This document shows, one piece after another, positions 63,341 to 64,000 of a stretch of 64,000 nt of DNA. A model generated the notes under the pieces. That model was not told where the DNA came from, did no database searches, and saw nothing but the letters and a program-made list of their open reading frames with translations. Origin of the DNA: Octopus vulgaris. Its lineage: Eukaryota. How positions within the stretch are numbered: position 1 is the stretch's first letter; each line of letters opens with the position of its first letter. The stretch is from the NCBI GenBank assembly GCA_951406725.2, contig OX597818.1:61256001-61320000 (forward strand), read 5' to 3'. The translations under genes were made by a program, and so were the position numbers.

Positions 63341-64000
63341 AATCTTTATCACAATTTCTTTTGCTTCTTGTCTACTGTAGTCTTTTTATTCCTTTCTTTG
63401 TTTAACCACACTCATTGTTTCCAATATGTTTGGCTTTTCTAAAGACACTGTTAATACCAAGGGATCGTTATGCCTTTAACACAAATCTTTCCAATCAAGT
63501 ATTCTGCTGCATTCAGACAGTAGACCAACAGTTCGCCTCCTTTTCTCGCAAACACACACAAGCCTTCTGTCATTTCCATCCATATTCATTTCTTTTATGC
63601 TTTCGGTTCTGCTTCTTAATCTTGTAAGCTAATGACGGAATAAATTTGCCTGAGGTAACCCAGAGTGTCTATCTATAACATTTATTTTTAAATCTAAACA
63701 ATTAAAGATTTCGCTTTGTTGAATTTTATATTTATACTGCTTAACCTTCAAGCTCGTGTGATATCATGAATGCATTTCGTTTTTCTCTTCTTTCCTTTAA
63801 AAATCAGACTTCCTTCTATGAATCATTCATCCTGATATCTTGATCACCAAACTTCCATTCACAAATACTAATCACACGATCTCTTTTAATGAAGTTGCAA
63901 CCTCTCTCTCTCTCTCTCCCTTTCTCATCCATACTCACTTTTACACTACGAAGTAACATGCAGTGCTAACTTATATTTTCCAACACAGACATTTCCCTGG

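Noticed and set aside
1-64000. Most ORFs in the six-frame track (e.g. recurring 'SVSVYQIHSQG...EDTCPRCHAVGLNPEPCGW', poly-IY/HT/V ORFs)
   Set aside because: They are translations of SINEs and microsatellites, recur with each repeat copy, and have no protein-family motifs.

Overview
AT-rich eukaryotic non-coding DNA, most likely intronic. The repeat families point to an octopus (coleoid cephalopod) genome; this rests on my recognition of the SINE families, not on a search. Repeats dominate: about 14 copies of a tRNA-derived CORE-type SINE with a central microsatellite, many RTE-tailed (GAT)n SINE-like elements, Nin-domain SINEs (often dimeric) and two other tRNA-SINE families. LINE relics include CR1, RTE and R4/Dong types, alongside Penelope-like short repeats. 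DNA elements include three non-autonomous Helitrons, mariner and DD37D (maT) relics, and piggyBac-, Merlin- and hAT-like MITEs. The only convincing cellular coding signal is one + strand exon (about 42956-43075) encoding the N-terminal half of a nephrin/Sns-like Ig domain, with a good donor but a problematic acceptor. A 21-nt + strand microexon candidate lies at 19448-19468. The most interesting unannotated signals are four hammerhead-ribozyme motifs in three unrelated sequence contexts (4945-5005, 15296-15331, 17086-17129, 19138-19173), two long fold-back hairpins, and closely spaced inverted SINE pairs. Most supplied ORFs are spurious or repeat-derived. Repeat boundaries are approximate unless a TSD or terminal motif is cited.
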